A stretch of 64,000 nucleotides of DNA from Balanoglossus misakiensis (Eukaryota; Animalia; Hemichordata): the NCBI GenBank assembly GCA_040954595.2, contig CM082590.2:1922001-1986000 (forward strand). The letters run 5' to 3'. The notes below the pieces were generated by a model, which made no database searches, was not told where the DNA came from, and saw only the letters and a program-made list of their open reading frames with translations. The translations under genes were made by a program, and so were the position numbers. This document shows positions 24,421 through 38,029 of the stretch, in pieces. Each line of letters starts with the position of its first letter. Position 1 is the stretch's first letter.

Positions 24421-27400
24421 AGAGTTGTAATAATTTGTCTGGTCACAATATGTCTATAGACACATCATGTACATGGACACGAATGAAAAAATGGACACAG
24501 ATCATTTATGAAGTCAATGTGAACAACTTCACTTGAATTCAGTACATTGTAAACAGAATACCAGAGTTGTAATAATTTGTCTGATCACAATATGTCTATA
24601 GACACATCATGTACATGGACATGAATGCAAGAATGGACACAGATCATTTATGAAGTCAATATGAACAACTTTACTTGAAGTCAGTACATTGTAAACAGAA
24701 TACCAGAGTTGTAATAATTTGTCTAGTCACAATATGTCTATAGACACATCATGTACATGGACACGAATGCAAGAATGGACACAGATCATTTATGAAGTCA
24801 ATATGAACAACTTTACTTGAAGTCAGTACATTGTAAACAGAATACCAGAGTTGTAATAATTTGTCTGGTCACAATATGTCTATAGACACATCATGTACAT
24901 GGACACAAATGAAAGAATGCACACATATCATTTATGAAGTCAATGTGAACAACTTTACTTGAAGTCAGTACATTGTAAACAGAATACCAGAGTTGTAATA
25001 ATTTGTCTGATCACAGTATGTCTATAGACACATCATGTACATGGACATGAATGCAAGAATGGACACAGATCATTTATGAAGTCAATGTGAACAACTTTAC
25101 TTGAAGTCAGTACATTGTAAACAGAATACCAGAGTTGTAATAATTTGTCTGGTCACAATATGTCTATAGACACATCATGTACATGGACATGAATGCAAGA
25201 ATGGACACAGATCATTTATGAAGTCAATGTGAACAACTTTACTTGAAGTCAGTACATTGTAAGCAGAATACCAGAGTTGTAATAATTTGTCTGATCACAA
25301 TATGTCTATAGACACATCACGTACATGGACATGAATGCAAGAATGGACACAGATCATTTATGAAGTCAATGTGAACAACTTCACTTGAATTCAGTACATT
25401 GTAAACAGAATACATGAGTTGAAATAGTTTGTCTGGTCACAATATGTCTATAGACACATCATGTATATGGACATGAATGCAAGAATGGACACAGATCATT
25501 TATGAAGTCAATGTGAACAACTTCACTTGAAGTCAGTACATTGTAAACAGAATACCACAGTTGTAATAATTTGTCTGGTCACAATATGTCTATAGACACA
25601 TCGTGTACATGGACATGAATGCAAGAATGGACTCAGATCATTTATGAAGTCATTATGAACAATTTTATTTGATGTCAGTACATTGTAAACAGAATACCAC
25701 AGTTGTAATAATTTGTCTGGTCACAATATGTCTATAGACACATTATGTACATGAACATGAATGCAAGAATGGACACAGATCATAAATGAAGTCAATATGA
25801 ACAACTTTAATTGAAGTCAGTACATTGTAAACAGAATACCAGAGTTGTAATAATTTGTCTGGTCACAATATGTCTATAGACACATCATGTACATGGACAC
25901 GAATGCAAGAATGGACACAGATCATTTATGAAGTCAATATGAACAACTTTACTTGAAGTCAGTACATTGTAAACAGAATACCAGAGTTGTAATAATTTGT
26001 CTGGTCACAATATGTCTATAGACACATCATGTACATGGACACGAATGAAAAAATGGACACAGATCATTTATGAAGTCAATGAACAACTTCACTTGAATTC
26101 AGTACATTGTAAACAGAATACCAGAGTTGTAATAATTTGTCTGATCACAATATGTCTATAGACACATCATGTACATGGACATGAATGCAAGAATGGACAC
26201 AGATCATTTATGAAGTCAATATGAACAACTTTACTTGAAGTCAGTACATTGTAAACAGAATACCAGAGTTGTAATAATTTGTCTAGTCACAATATGTCTA
26301 TAGACACATCATGTACATGGACACAAATGCAAGAATGGACACAGATCATTTATGAAGTCAATATGAACAACTTTACTTGAAGTCAGTACATTGTAAACAG
26401 AATACCAGAGTTGTAATAATTTGTCTAGTCACAATATGTCTATAGAAACATCATGTACATGGACACAAATGCAAGAATGGACACAGATCATTTATGAAGT
26501 CAATATGAACAACTTTACTTGAAGTCAGTACATTGTAAACAGAATACCAGAGTTGTAATAATTTGTCTGGTCACAATATGTCTATAGACACATCATGTAC
26601 ATGGACACGAATGAAAGAATGCACACAGATCATTTATGAAGTCAATGTGAACAACTTTACTTGAAGTCAGTACATTGTAAACAGAATACCAGAGTTGTAA
26701 TAATTTGTCTGATCACAGTATGTCTATACACATCATGTACATGGACATGAATGCAAGAATGCACACAGATCATTTATGAAGTCAATATGAACAACTTTAC
26801 TTGAAGTCAGTACATTGTAAACAGAATACCACAGTTGTAATAATTTGTCTGATCACAATATGTCTATAGACACATCATGTACATGGACACGAATGCAAGT
26901 ATGGACACAGATCATTTATGAAGTCAATATGAACAACTTTACTTGAAGTCAGTACATTGTAAACAGAATACCAGAGTTGTAATAATTTGTCTGGTCACAA
27001 TATGTCTATAGACACATCATGTACATGGACACGAATGAAAAAATGGACACAGATCATTTATGAAGTCAATGAACAACTTCACTTGAATTCAGTACATTGT
27101 AAACAGAATACCAGAGTTGTAAGAATTTGTCTGATCACAATATGTCTATAGACACATCATGTACATGGACATGAATGCAAGAATGGACACAGATCATTTA
27201 TGAAGTCAATATGAACAACTTTACTTGAAGTCAGTACATTGTAAATAGAATACCAGAGTTGTAATAATTTGTCTGATCACAGTATGTCTATACACATCAT
27301 GTACATGGACATGAATGCAAGAATGGACACAGATCATTTATGAAGTCAATGTGAACAACTTTACTTGAAGTCAGTACATTGTAAACAGAATACCAGAGTT

Positions 27401-30400
27401 GTAATAATTAGTCTGATCACAATATGTCTATAGACACATCATGTACATGGACATGAATGCAAGAATGGACACAGATCATTTAAAAAGTCAATGTGAATAA
27501 CTTTACTTGAAGTCAGTACATTGTAAACAGAATACCAGAGTTGTAATAATTTGTCTGATCACAATATGTCTATGGACACACATCATGTACATGGACATGA
27601 ATGCAAGAATGGACACAGATCATTTATGAAGTCAATGTGAACAACTTTACTTGAAGTCAGTGCATTGTAAACAGAATACCAGAGTTGTAATAATTTGTCT
27701 GATCACAATATGTCTATAGACACATCACGTACATGGACATGAATGTAAGAATGGACACAGATCATTTATGAAGTCAATGTGAACAACTTTACTTCAAGTC
27801 AGTACATTGTAAACAGAATACCAGAGTTGTAATAATTTGCCTGATCACAATATGTCTATAGACACATCATGTACATGGACATGAATGCAAGAATGGACAC
27901 AGATCATTTAAAAAGTCAATGTGAATAACTTTACTTGAAGTCAGTACATTGTAAACAGAATACCAGAGTTGTAATAATTTGTCTGATCACAATATGTCTA
28001 TAGACACATCACGTACATGGACATGAATGCAAGAATGGACACTGATCATTTATGAAGTCAATATGAACAATTTTACTTGAATTCAGTAAATTGTAAACAG
28101 AGTACCAGAGTTGTAATAAATTGTCTGATCACAATATGTCTATAGACACATCACGTACATGGACATGAATGCAAGAATGGACACAAATCATTTATGAAAT
28201 CAATGTGAACAACTTTACTTGAAGTCAGTACATTGTAAACAGAATACCAGAGTTGTAATAATTTGTCTGATTACAATATGTCTATAGACACATCACGTAC
28301 ATGGACATGAATGCAAGAATGGACAGAGATCATTTATGAAGTCAATGTGAACAACTTTACTTGAAGTCAGTACATTGTAAACAGAATACCACAGTTGTAA
28401 TAATTTGTCTGGTCACAATATGTCTATAGACACATCCTGTACATGGACATGAATGCAAGAATGGACACAGATCATTTATGAAGTCAATATGAACAACTTT
28501 ACTTGAAGTCAGTACATTGTAAACAGAATACCACAGTTGTAATAATTTGTCTGGTCACAATATGTCTATAGACACATTGTGTACATGGACATGAATGCAA
28601 CAATGGACTCAGATCATTTATGAAGTCATTATGAACAATTTTATTTGATGTCAGTACATTGTAAACAGAATACCACAATTGTAATAATTTGTCTGGTCAC
28701 AATATGTCTATAGACACATTATGTACATGAACATGAATGCAAGAATGGACACAGATCATTTATGAAGTCAATATTAACAACTTTACTTGAAGTCAGTACA
28801 TTGTAAACAGAATACAAGAGTTGTAATAATTTGTCTGGTCACAATATGTCTATAGACACATCATGTACATGGACATGAATGCAAGAATGGACACAGATCA
28901 TTTATGAAGTCAATATGAACAACTTTACTTGAAGTCAGTACATTGTAAACAGAATACCACAGTTGTAATAATTTGTCTGATCACAATATGTCTATGGACA
29001 CACATCATGTACATGGACATGAATGCAAGAATGGACACAGATCATTTATGAAGTCAATGTGAACAACTTTACTTGAAGTCAGTGCATTGTAAACAGAATA
29101 CCAGAGTTGTAATAATTTGTCTGATCACAATATGTCTATAGACACATCACGTACATGGACATGAATGTAAGAATGGACACAGATCATTTATGAAGTCAAT
29201 GTGAACAACTTCACTTGAATTCAGTACATTGTAAACAGAATACCAGAGTTGTAATAATTTGTCTGATCACAATATGTCTATAGACACATCATGTACATGG
29301 ACATGAATGCAAGAATGGACACAGATCATTTATGAAGTCAATATGACCAACTTTACTTGAAGTCAGTACATTGTAAACAGAATACCAGAGTTGTAATAAT
29401 TTGTCTGGTCACAATATGTCTATACACATCATGTACATGGACATGAATGCAAGAATGGACACAGATCATTTATGAAGTCAATGTGAACAACTTTACTTGA
29501 AGTCAGTACATTGTAAACAGAATACCAGAGTTGTAAGAATTTGTCTGATCACAATATGTCTATAGACACATCATGTACATGGACATGAATGCAAGAATGG
29601 ACACAGATCATTTAAAAAGTCAATGTGAATAACTTTACTTGAAGTCAGTACATTGTAAACAGAATACCAGAGTTGTAATAATTTGTCTGATCACAATATG
29701 TCTATAGACACATCACGTACATGGATATGAATGCAAGAATGGACACAGATCATTTATGAAGTCAATGTGAACAACTTTACTTGAAGTCAGTACATTGTAA
29801 ACAGAATACCAGAGTTGTAATAATTTGTCTGATCACAATATGTCTATAGACACATCACGTACATGGACATGAATGTAAGAATGGACACAGATCATTTATG
29901 AAGTCAATGTGAACAACTTTACTTCAAGTCAGTACATTGTAAACAGAATACCAGAGTTGTAATAATTTGCCTGATCACAATATGTCTATAGACACATCAT
30001 GTACATGGACATGAATGCAAGAATGGACACAGATCATTTAAAAAGTCAATGTGAATAACTTTACTTGAAGTCAGTACTTTGTAAACAGAATACCAGAGTT
30101 GTAATAATTTGTCTGCTCACAATATGTCTATAGACACATCACGTACATGGACATGAATGCAAGAATGGACACTGATCATTTATGAAGTCAATATGAACAA
30201 TTTTACTTGAATTCAGTAAATTGTAAACAGAGTACCAGAGTTGTAATAAATTGTCTGATCACAATATGTCTATAGACACATCACGTACATGGACATGAAT
30301 GCAAGAATGGACACAAATCATTTATGAAATCAATGTGAACAACTTTACTTGAAGTCAGTACATTGTAAACAGAATACCAGAGTTGTAATAATTTGTCTGA

Positions 30401-33400
30401 TTACAATATGTCTATAGACACATCACGTACATGGACATGAATGCAAGAATTGACCCAGATCATTTATGAAGTCAATATGAACAACTTTATTTGATGTCAG
30501 TACATTGTAAACAGAATACTGCAGTTGTAATAATTTGTCTGATCACAATATGTCTATAGACACATCCTGTACATGGACATGAATGCAAGAATGGACACAG
30601 ATCATTTATGAAGTCAATATGAACAACTTTACTTGAAGTCAGTACATTGTAAACAGAATACCACAGTTGTAATAATTTGTCTGGTCACAATATGTCTATA
30701 GACACATTGTGTACATGGACATGAATGCAACAATGGACTCAGATCATTTATGAAGTCATTATGAACAATTTTATTTGATGTCAGTACATTGTAAACAGAA
30801 TACCACAATTGTAATAATTTGTCTGGTCACAATATGTCTATAGACACATTATGTACATGAACATGAATGCAAGAATGGACACAGATCATTTATGAAGTCA
30901 ATATTAACAACTTTACTTGAAGTCAGTACATTGTAAACAGAATACCAGAGTTGTAATAATTTGTCTGGTCACAATATGTCTATAGACACATCATGTACAT
31001 TGACATGAATGCAAGAATGGACACAGATCATTTATGAAGTCAATATGAACAACTTTACTTGAAGTCAGTACATTGTAAACAGAATACCACAGTTGTAATA
31101 ATTTGTCTGATCACAATATGTCTATGGACACACATCATGTACATGGACATGAATGCAAGAATGGACACAGATCATTTATGAAGTCAATGTGAACAACTTT
31201 ACTTGAAGTCAGTGCATTGTAAACAGAATACCAGAGTTGTAATAATTTGTCTGATCACAATATGTCTATAGACACATCACGTACATGGACATGAATGTAA
31301 GAATGGACACAGATCATTTATGAAGTCAATGTGAACAACTTCACTTGAATTCAGTACATTGTAAACAGAATACCAGAGTTGTAATAATTTGTCTGATCAC
31401 AATATGTCTATAGACACATCATGTACATGGACATGAATGCAAGAATGGACACAGATCATTTATGAAGTCAATATGACCAACTTTACTTGAAGTCAGTACA
31501 TTGTAAACAGAATACCAGAGTTGTAATAATTTGTCTGGTCACAATATGTCTATACACATCATGTACATGGACATGAATGCAAGAATGGACACAGATCATT
31601 TATGAAGTCAATGTGAACAACTTTACTTGAAGTCAGTACATTGTAAACAGAATACCAGAGTTGTAAGAATTTGTCTGATCACAATATGTCTATAGACACA
31701 TCATGTACATGGACATGAATGCAAGAATGGACACAGATCATTTAAAAAGTCAATGTGAATAACTTTACTTGAAGTCAGTACATTGTAAACAGAATACCAG
31801 AGTTGTAATAATTTGTCTGATCACAATATGTCTATAGACACATCACGTACATGGATATGAATGCAAGAATGGACACAGATCATTTATGAAGTCAATGTGA
31901 ACAACTTTACTTGAAGTCAGTACATTGTAAACAGAATACCAGAGTTGTAATAATTTGTCTGATCACAATATGTCTATAGACACATCACGTACATGGACAT
32001 GAATGTAAGAATGGACACAGATCATTTATGAAGTCAATGTGAACAACTTTACTTCAAGTCAGTACATTGTAAACAGAATACCAGAGTTGTAATAATTTGC
32101 CTGATCACAATATGTCTATAGACACATCATGTACATGGACATGAATGCAAGAATGGACACAGATCATTTAAAAAGTCAATGTGAATAACTTTACTTGAAG
32201 TCAGTACTTTGTAAACAGAATACCAGAGTTGTAATAATTTGTCTGCTCACAATATGTCTATAGACACATCACGTACATGGACATGAATGCAAGAATGGAC
32301 ACTGATCATTTATGAAGTCAATATGAACAATTTTACTTGAATTCAGTAAATTGTAAACAGAGTACCAGAGTTGTAATAAATTGTCTGATCACAATATGTC
32401 TATAGACACATCACGTACATGGACATGAATGCAAGAATGGACACAAATCATTTATGAAATCAATGTGAACAACTTTACTTGAAGTCAGTACATTGTAAAC
32501 AGAATACCAGAGTTGTAATAATTTGTCTGATTACAATATGTCTATAGACACATCACGTACATGGACATGAATGCAAGAATTGACCCAGATCATTTATGAA
32601 GTCAATATGAACAACTTTATTTGATGTCAGTACATTGTAAACAGAATACTGCAGTTGTAATAATTTGTCTGATCACAATATGTCTATAGACACATCACGT
32701 AAATTGACACGAATGAAAGAATAGACACAGATCATTTATGAAATCAATGTGAACAACTTTACTTGAAGTCAGTACATTGTAAACAGAATACCAGAGTTGT
32801 AATAATTTGTCTGATTACAATATGTCTATAGACACATCACGTACATGGACATGAATGCAAGAATTGACCCAGATCATTTATGAAGTCAATATGAACAACT
32901 TTATTTGATGTCAGTACATTGTAAACAGAATACTACAGTTGTAATAATTTGTCTGATCACAATATGTCTATAGACACATCACGTAAATTGACACGAATGA
33001 AAGAATGGACACAGATCATTTATGAAGTCAATGTGAACAACTTTACTTGAAGTCAGTACATTGTAAACAGAATACCAGAGTTGCAATAATTTGTCTGATC
33101 ACAATATGTCTATAGACACATCATGTACATGGACATGAATGCAAGAATGGACACAGATCATTTATGAAGTCAATGTGAACAACTGTACTTGAAGTCAGCA
33201 CATTGTAAACAGAATACCACAGTTGTAATAGTTTATCTGGTCACAATATGTCTATAGACACATCATGTACATGGAAACGAATGAAAGAATGGACACAGAT
33301 CATTTATGAAGTCAATGTGAACAACTTTACTTGAAGTCAGTACATTGTAAACAGAATACCAGAGTTGCAATAATTTGTCTGATCACAATATGTCTATAGA

Positions 33401-34577
33401 CACATCATGTACATGGACATGAATGCAAGAATGGACACAGATCATTTATGAAGTCAATGTGAACAACTTTACTTGAAGTCAGCACATTGTAAGCAGAATA
33501 CCACAGTTGTAATAATTTGTCTGCTCACAATATGTCTATAGACACATCACGTACATGGACATGTATGCAAGAATGGACACAGATCATTTATGAAGTCAAT
33601 GTGAACAACTTTACTTGAAGTCAGTACATTGTAAACAGAATACCAGATTTGTAATAATTTGTCTGATCACACTATGTCTATAGACACATCACGTACATGG
33701 ACATGAATGCAAGAATGGACACAGATCATTTATGAAGTCAATGTGAACAACTTTACTTGAAGTCAGTACATTGTAAACAGAAGACCAGAGTTGTAATAAT
33801 TTGTCTGCTCACAATATGTCTATAGACACATCATGTACATGGACATGAATGTAAGAATGGACACAGATCATTTATGAAGTCAATGTGAACAACTTTACTT
33901 GAAGTCAGTACATTGTAAACAGAATACCAGAGTTGTAATAATTTGTCTGATCACAATATGTCTATAGACACATCACGTACATGGACATGAATGCAAGAAT
34001 GGACACAGATCATTTATGAAGTCAATGTGAACAACTTTACTTGAAGTCAGTACATTGTAAACAGAATACCAGAGTTGTAATAATTTGTCTGATCACAATA
34101 TGTCTATAGACACATCATGTACATGGACATGAATGCAAGAATGGACACAGATCATTTAAAAAGTCAATGTGAATAACTTTACTTGAAGTCAGTACATTGT
34201 AAGCAGAATACCACAGTTGTAATAATTTGTCTGGACACAATATGTCTATGGACACACATCATGTACATGGACATGAATGCAAGAATGGACACAGATCATT
34301 TAAAAAGTCAATGTGAATAACTTTACTTGAAGTCAGTACATTGTAAACAGAATACCAGAGTTGTAATAATTTGTCTGATCACAATATGTCTATAGACACA
34401 TCATGTACATGGACATGAATGCAAGAATGGACACTGATCATTTATGAAGTCAATGTGAACAATTTTACTTGAATTCAGTACATTGTAAACAGAGTACCAG
34501 AGTTGTAATAAATTGTCTGATCACAATATGTCTATAGACACATCACGTACATGGACATGAATGCAAGAATGGTCACA
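24421..34577. repeat. Satellite array 1, right arm (142-bp monomer, ~71 copies)
   Basis: Same monomer resumes in register after the TSD; ends at ...GAATGGTCACA. Confidence 0.97.
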
Positions 34578-35449
34578 TCTTATTCGTAAAGACAATATCT
34601 TGTCAAACGAACCCCAAAACAAATTCTTAGCAAGTCCATAAGGAAGCTTCCTTTATTGCGAAATATCTACTCAGAAATTTCATAAACACAATAGCTAACA
34701 TTCTATATTCACTTTTTTTCAGTTGATTGGTTAGGTCATTATTTTTGGCAGATTTTTATGAGCCATGAAAGATTTCTTTGAATTAATTACTTTTTTATGT
34801 TAACCAGAAAAATGGCTAATGTGGAAGACAGTTTTCTAAAGAAAATACTGAAAATGAGTGTAGAATAATGCCCGTAGAATGGTATTGCTTTCCAAGGCAT
34901 TTTGTTAAGCAGTACACATACAATATGTTTGCACAAGTACAGTATTCAATCTTCTCTTCATAAAATCTGTTCTGTTCGCATGATAGCAACTCATCAACAA
35001 TTGGGAAAATGCTTAAAGTCCTTTTTAACAGGGAAAGTATTCTACTTTAATGTTTTCTACTTTCACTTCATAACAGGTGATGGGAAGTCCACCAAATGTT
35101 CACAATATCACTCTAACCAAAACTCTGAGAATTTTGATATGTAAGTATAATTGTCACAATTTAAACAAACTAAAAATGATCTTGAAAAATGTGATCGGAA
35201 ACTGAGGGATTTCAAAGAGAGATTTCTAAGTTTTTTTCCAACATGAAGAAACAACAGTCAGAAGAATTTTGCTTCTTCACTCAGCACTGAATGTCTGTGG
35301 CTGTTTATTGAAGTGTTATGTATGCAAAGTTGAGAGATTGGGGCATAGACGCCATTTTTTTATCTTAGCCATGGGAAGGGTGAAGATTATTGACTAATTG
35401 TAGCGTGAAGGTGTAATGTTTTTATTCTATACGTAGATTGGTACATAGA

Positions 35450-35487
35450 TACATACATACATACATACATACATACATACATACATA
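35450..35487. repeat. (TACA)n microsatellite
   Basis: About 9-10 tandem TACA units. Confidence 0.9.
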
Positions 35488-36049
35488 CACACAACATAAA
35501 AAGTGCTAATTAAACAAGCAATATCAATATCTTGTATTTTTTTTTACTTTTATCAAAATGTATGATTGATGCTCTTTGGATGAAGATATTATTAAAACTT
35601 TAATGCTGAAATATTCATCTGTTGTAAACATTCCTACGCCTAGTAGTTCATTGGACAGATTCATGAAAAATTTCAAAATACATTTTTGGCGTCAAAAAAT
35701 CATAACTCATATTTAAGATTTTGTATTACACGGCAAACTGCCCAGAGGGGCAAATGAAAAAAAAAATATTGAATTGAATTTTTTTATGATTTCTGGGATG
35801 AGTATACCTTCTACAATGCATTGAGAAAAAAAAAGTACGTCTGGCAATAGAAAAAAATGCTCTAAACATACAATGGGTGAAAATAACTGGGTCACATACC
35901 AAAATCTTTAACCCCCCTGAAATCGAATGGTTTTTCACACTTCAATTTTTTTCTTAAAGTAATTGAAGTTTATAATAGTATATCGCTGCAAAAAAGAATG
36001 AATACTGAAAAAAAATGACAAGTCAATACAATAATTGGTAGGATTGGTA

Positions 36050-36509
36050 AAACAAGAAAAGTGGCGGGGGTGGGTGTGGCAGGGGTTGTCCCCCTCCCAG
36101 ATAAGAAAATTTTGTAAAATAACAGGCTGAAAGTTGCATTTTAATAAACTCAAAAGCAAATTAACTCAATATTGGGGAGGACCAATTTTACATTTGCCAC
36201 TCAACTCAAAGTACGCATCGGTGTGGTGGGGTGGCAAGTAGTCTGCCCTTGTACACTAGACAAACCAGGCAATAAATGAAATTTGGCGAAGAATGAAGGG
36301 GGTGGGTTGTCCCTTTCCACATTAGAAAATTTTGTAAAATAAAGGGCGCAAAACTGCAATTTGGTGGACTCAAAGCAAAAGTTTTGTGGCAAAAGTATGT
36401 GACCCCCCTAAACGTTTTTAAAACTTTCTGACTTCAAAATTTAAGTGACCCCCCCCCCCCTTGGATTTGCCCCCCCCCCCCCCGCCGTAAAAACTGAATG
36501 GTCCCTTAC
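36050..36509. mobile_element. Partial MITE related to the 38819-39597 element (PIF/Harbinger-like end)
   Basis: Internal similarity in inverted orientation to 39130-39260; ends in poly-C tracts and CCGTAAAAACTGAATGGTCCCTTA; left end not found. Confidence 0.4.
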
Positions 36510-38029
36510 CCATAAACGCGCCTTCATTAATAAATTTGAAGAATAAGAGATCTTCTCCGTAGATAGGCCTTATTGGGGGTCAAAACTACCGAAAGAAGAC
36601 CCTGCCATAACTCCCCTTTTAAACCAACTAATTCACACCGGGTTAGGTTTATTTCTTTCATATTTGAATGAGAATTAAAATGCCGCAGGAAATTCTGCTG
36701 GCGTCCTTAGGATACGAGATTGGGAACTTTCAAAAGTTCCGCAGAATATACCCCAAGAGGGCGCTGTTGCTGACCTTCGACCCGTTGCCTTTGACCCGTT
36801 CAATGTCTTCGCTGTAAACACATGTGTTACATGCAGGCTAGCGAATCTGCCAGTTTTTTCTGTCGTCAACTGCAATGTCGCCTTTTCTATGGACGTTACT
36901 TGGCCAGTGTTTGTTACGCACCAAGGACGGTGTCATATTTCTCTGAAAGAATAGCGGAAAATTCCGAAAACATGCGAAGCCAAGGAGCGAGCAAGTACCA
37001 GCTGTTTTATGCAAGTCATGCCCCCACACTGTCCACCATCATTATTCCTATATACAGATTTGGCGGAGTGAGTATTGAAACATTACAGTATTAAGTGTGT
37101 TTTAAGATTTCACAGATAGTTTTCACGACTTATTGTGCGGGTAGAATCACATTCGTCGAAATAACACTGCTGTAGTCCCCTGATTCAGTCCGTAAACAAG
37201 GTAAGCTTGAGACATGGACGATCGACAATCAGTTTCCTCTGTTGATTTCGCCCTATCGCAACTCAGTAACTTGGGCCGAGTGATGCTCCATACATTAAAG
37301 TTCATGACTATTGACACCAATTGCAAAATATCGATGTTAAGGCGTGCTTTCAGAGAATATTCAACCAGAAAACCGACAACAATTGATGACCTCATGTGAC
37401 CTTTACTGGTTGAATCAAGTGACCACTGCAGTGTGATTCCAACGTTTGTGGGAAGACCATCGGGAGCTCTTCCTCCTGCTTTGCAGTGTGTGTGTGTGTT
37501 TGTTTAATATAAAAATGTGTGACAAAAATATGTATGTTTACAAATATGGTCATGATTGTTTGTTTGTTGAGCGGTTAAGGGGAGTAACCCTTTCTGTTGA
37601 ATATACCCACAAAGGTGAACGAATTTGTAAACAAACATATTTTTCACAGAGTTGTTTTATTATATCCGCATAGCATCCAGCATGATCGCAGAAAACATCA
37701 CCAATAATCCAAAATTGGAGTTGATGGCTTGGCTTTATTTGGGACTATCATTGTTTGGTTATAGTCCATTGGCCAGAGAACGACAAACTCTCTCCCCCCA
37801 CCCCCCAACCACCCCGGCACCCAAGGATTATTTTTTGCAGACATATATTTGGGAAAGCCTGTTTATCCAACGGTCAGAATGAGGTTGTTTGCACTCAAAT
37901 TAATGATTGGTGTGGCTGTGAGGAGCGGTTGTCATAGTAATGACAGCATAATTTTAGGGGTATTCATACAGTTAAAAAATAAAATATTTCAGGATCTGAG
38001 AAAGCTAGAGATAAAATTCAAACATTCAG

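Noticed and set aside
1287-34577. CRISPR-like array interpretation of the long repeat beside a nuclease-like gene
   Set aside because: Monomers are contiguous with no unique spacers, the neighbouring gene is a spliced CACTA transposase, and the context is eukaryotic.
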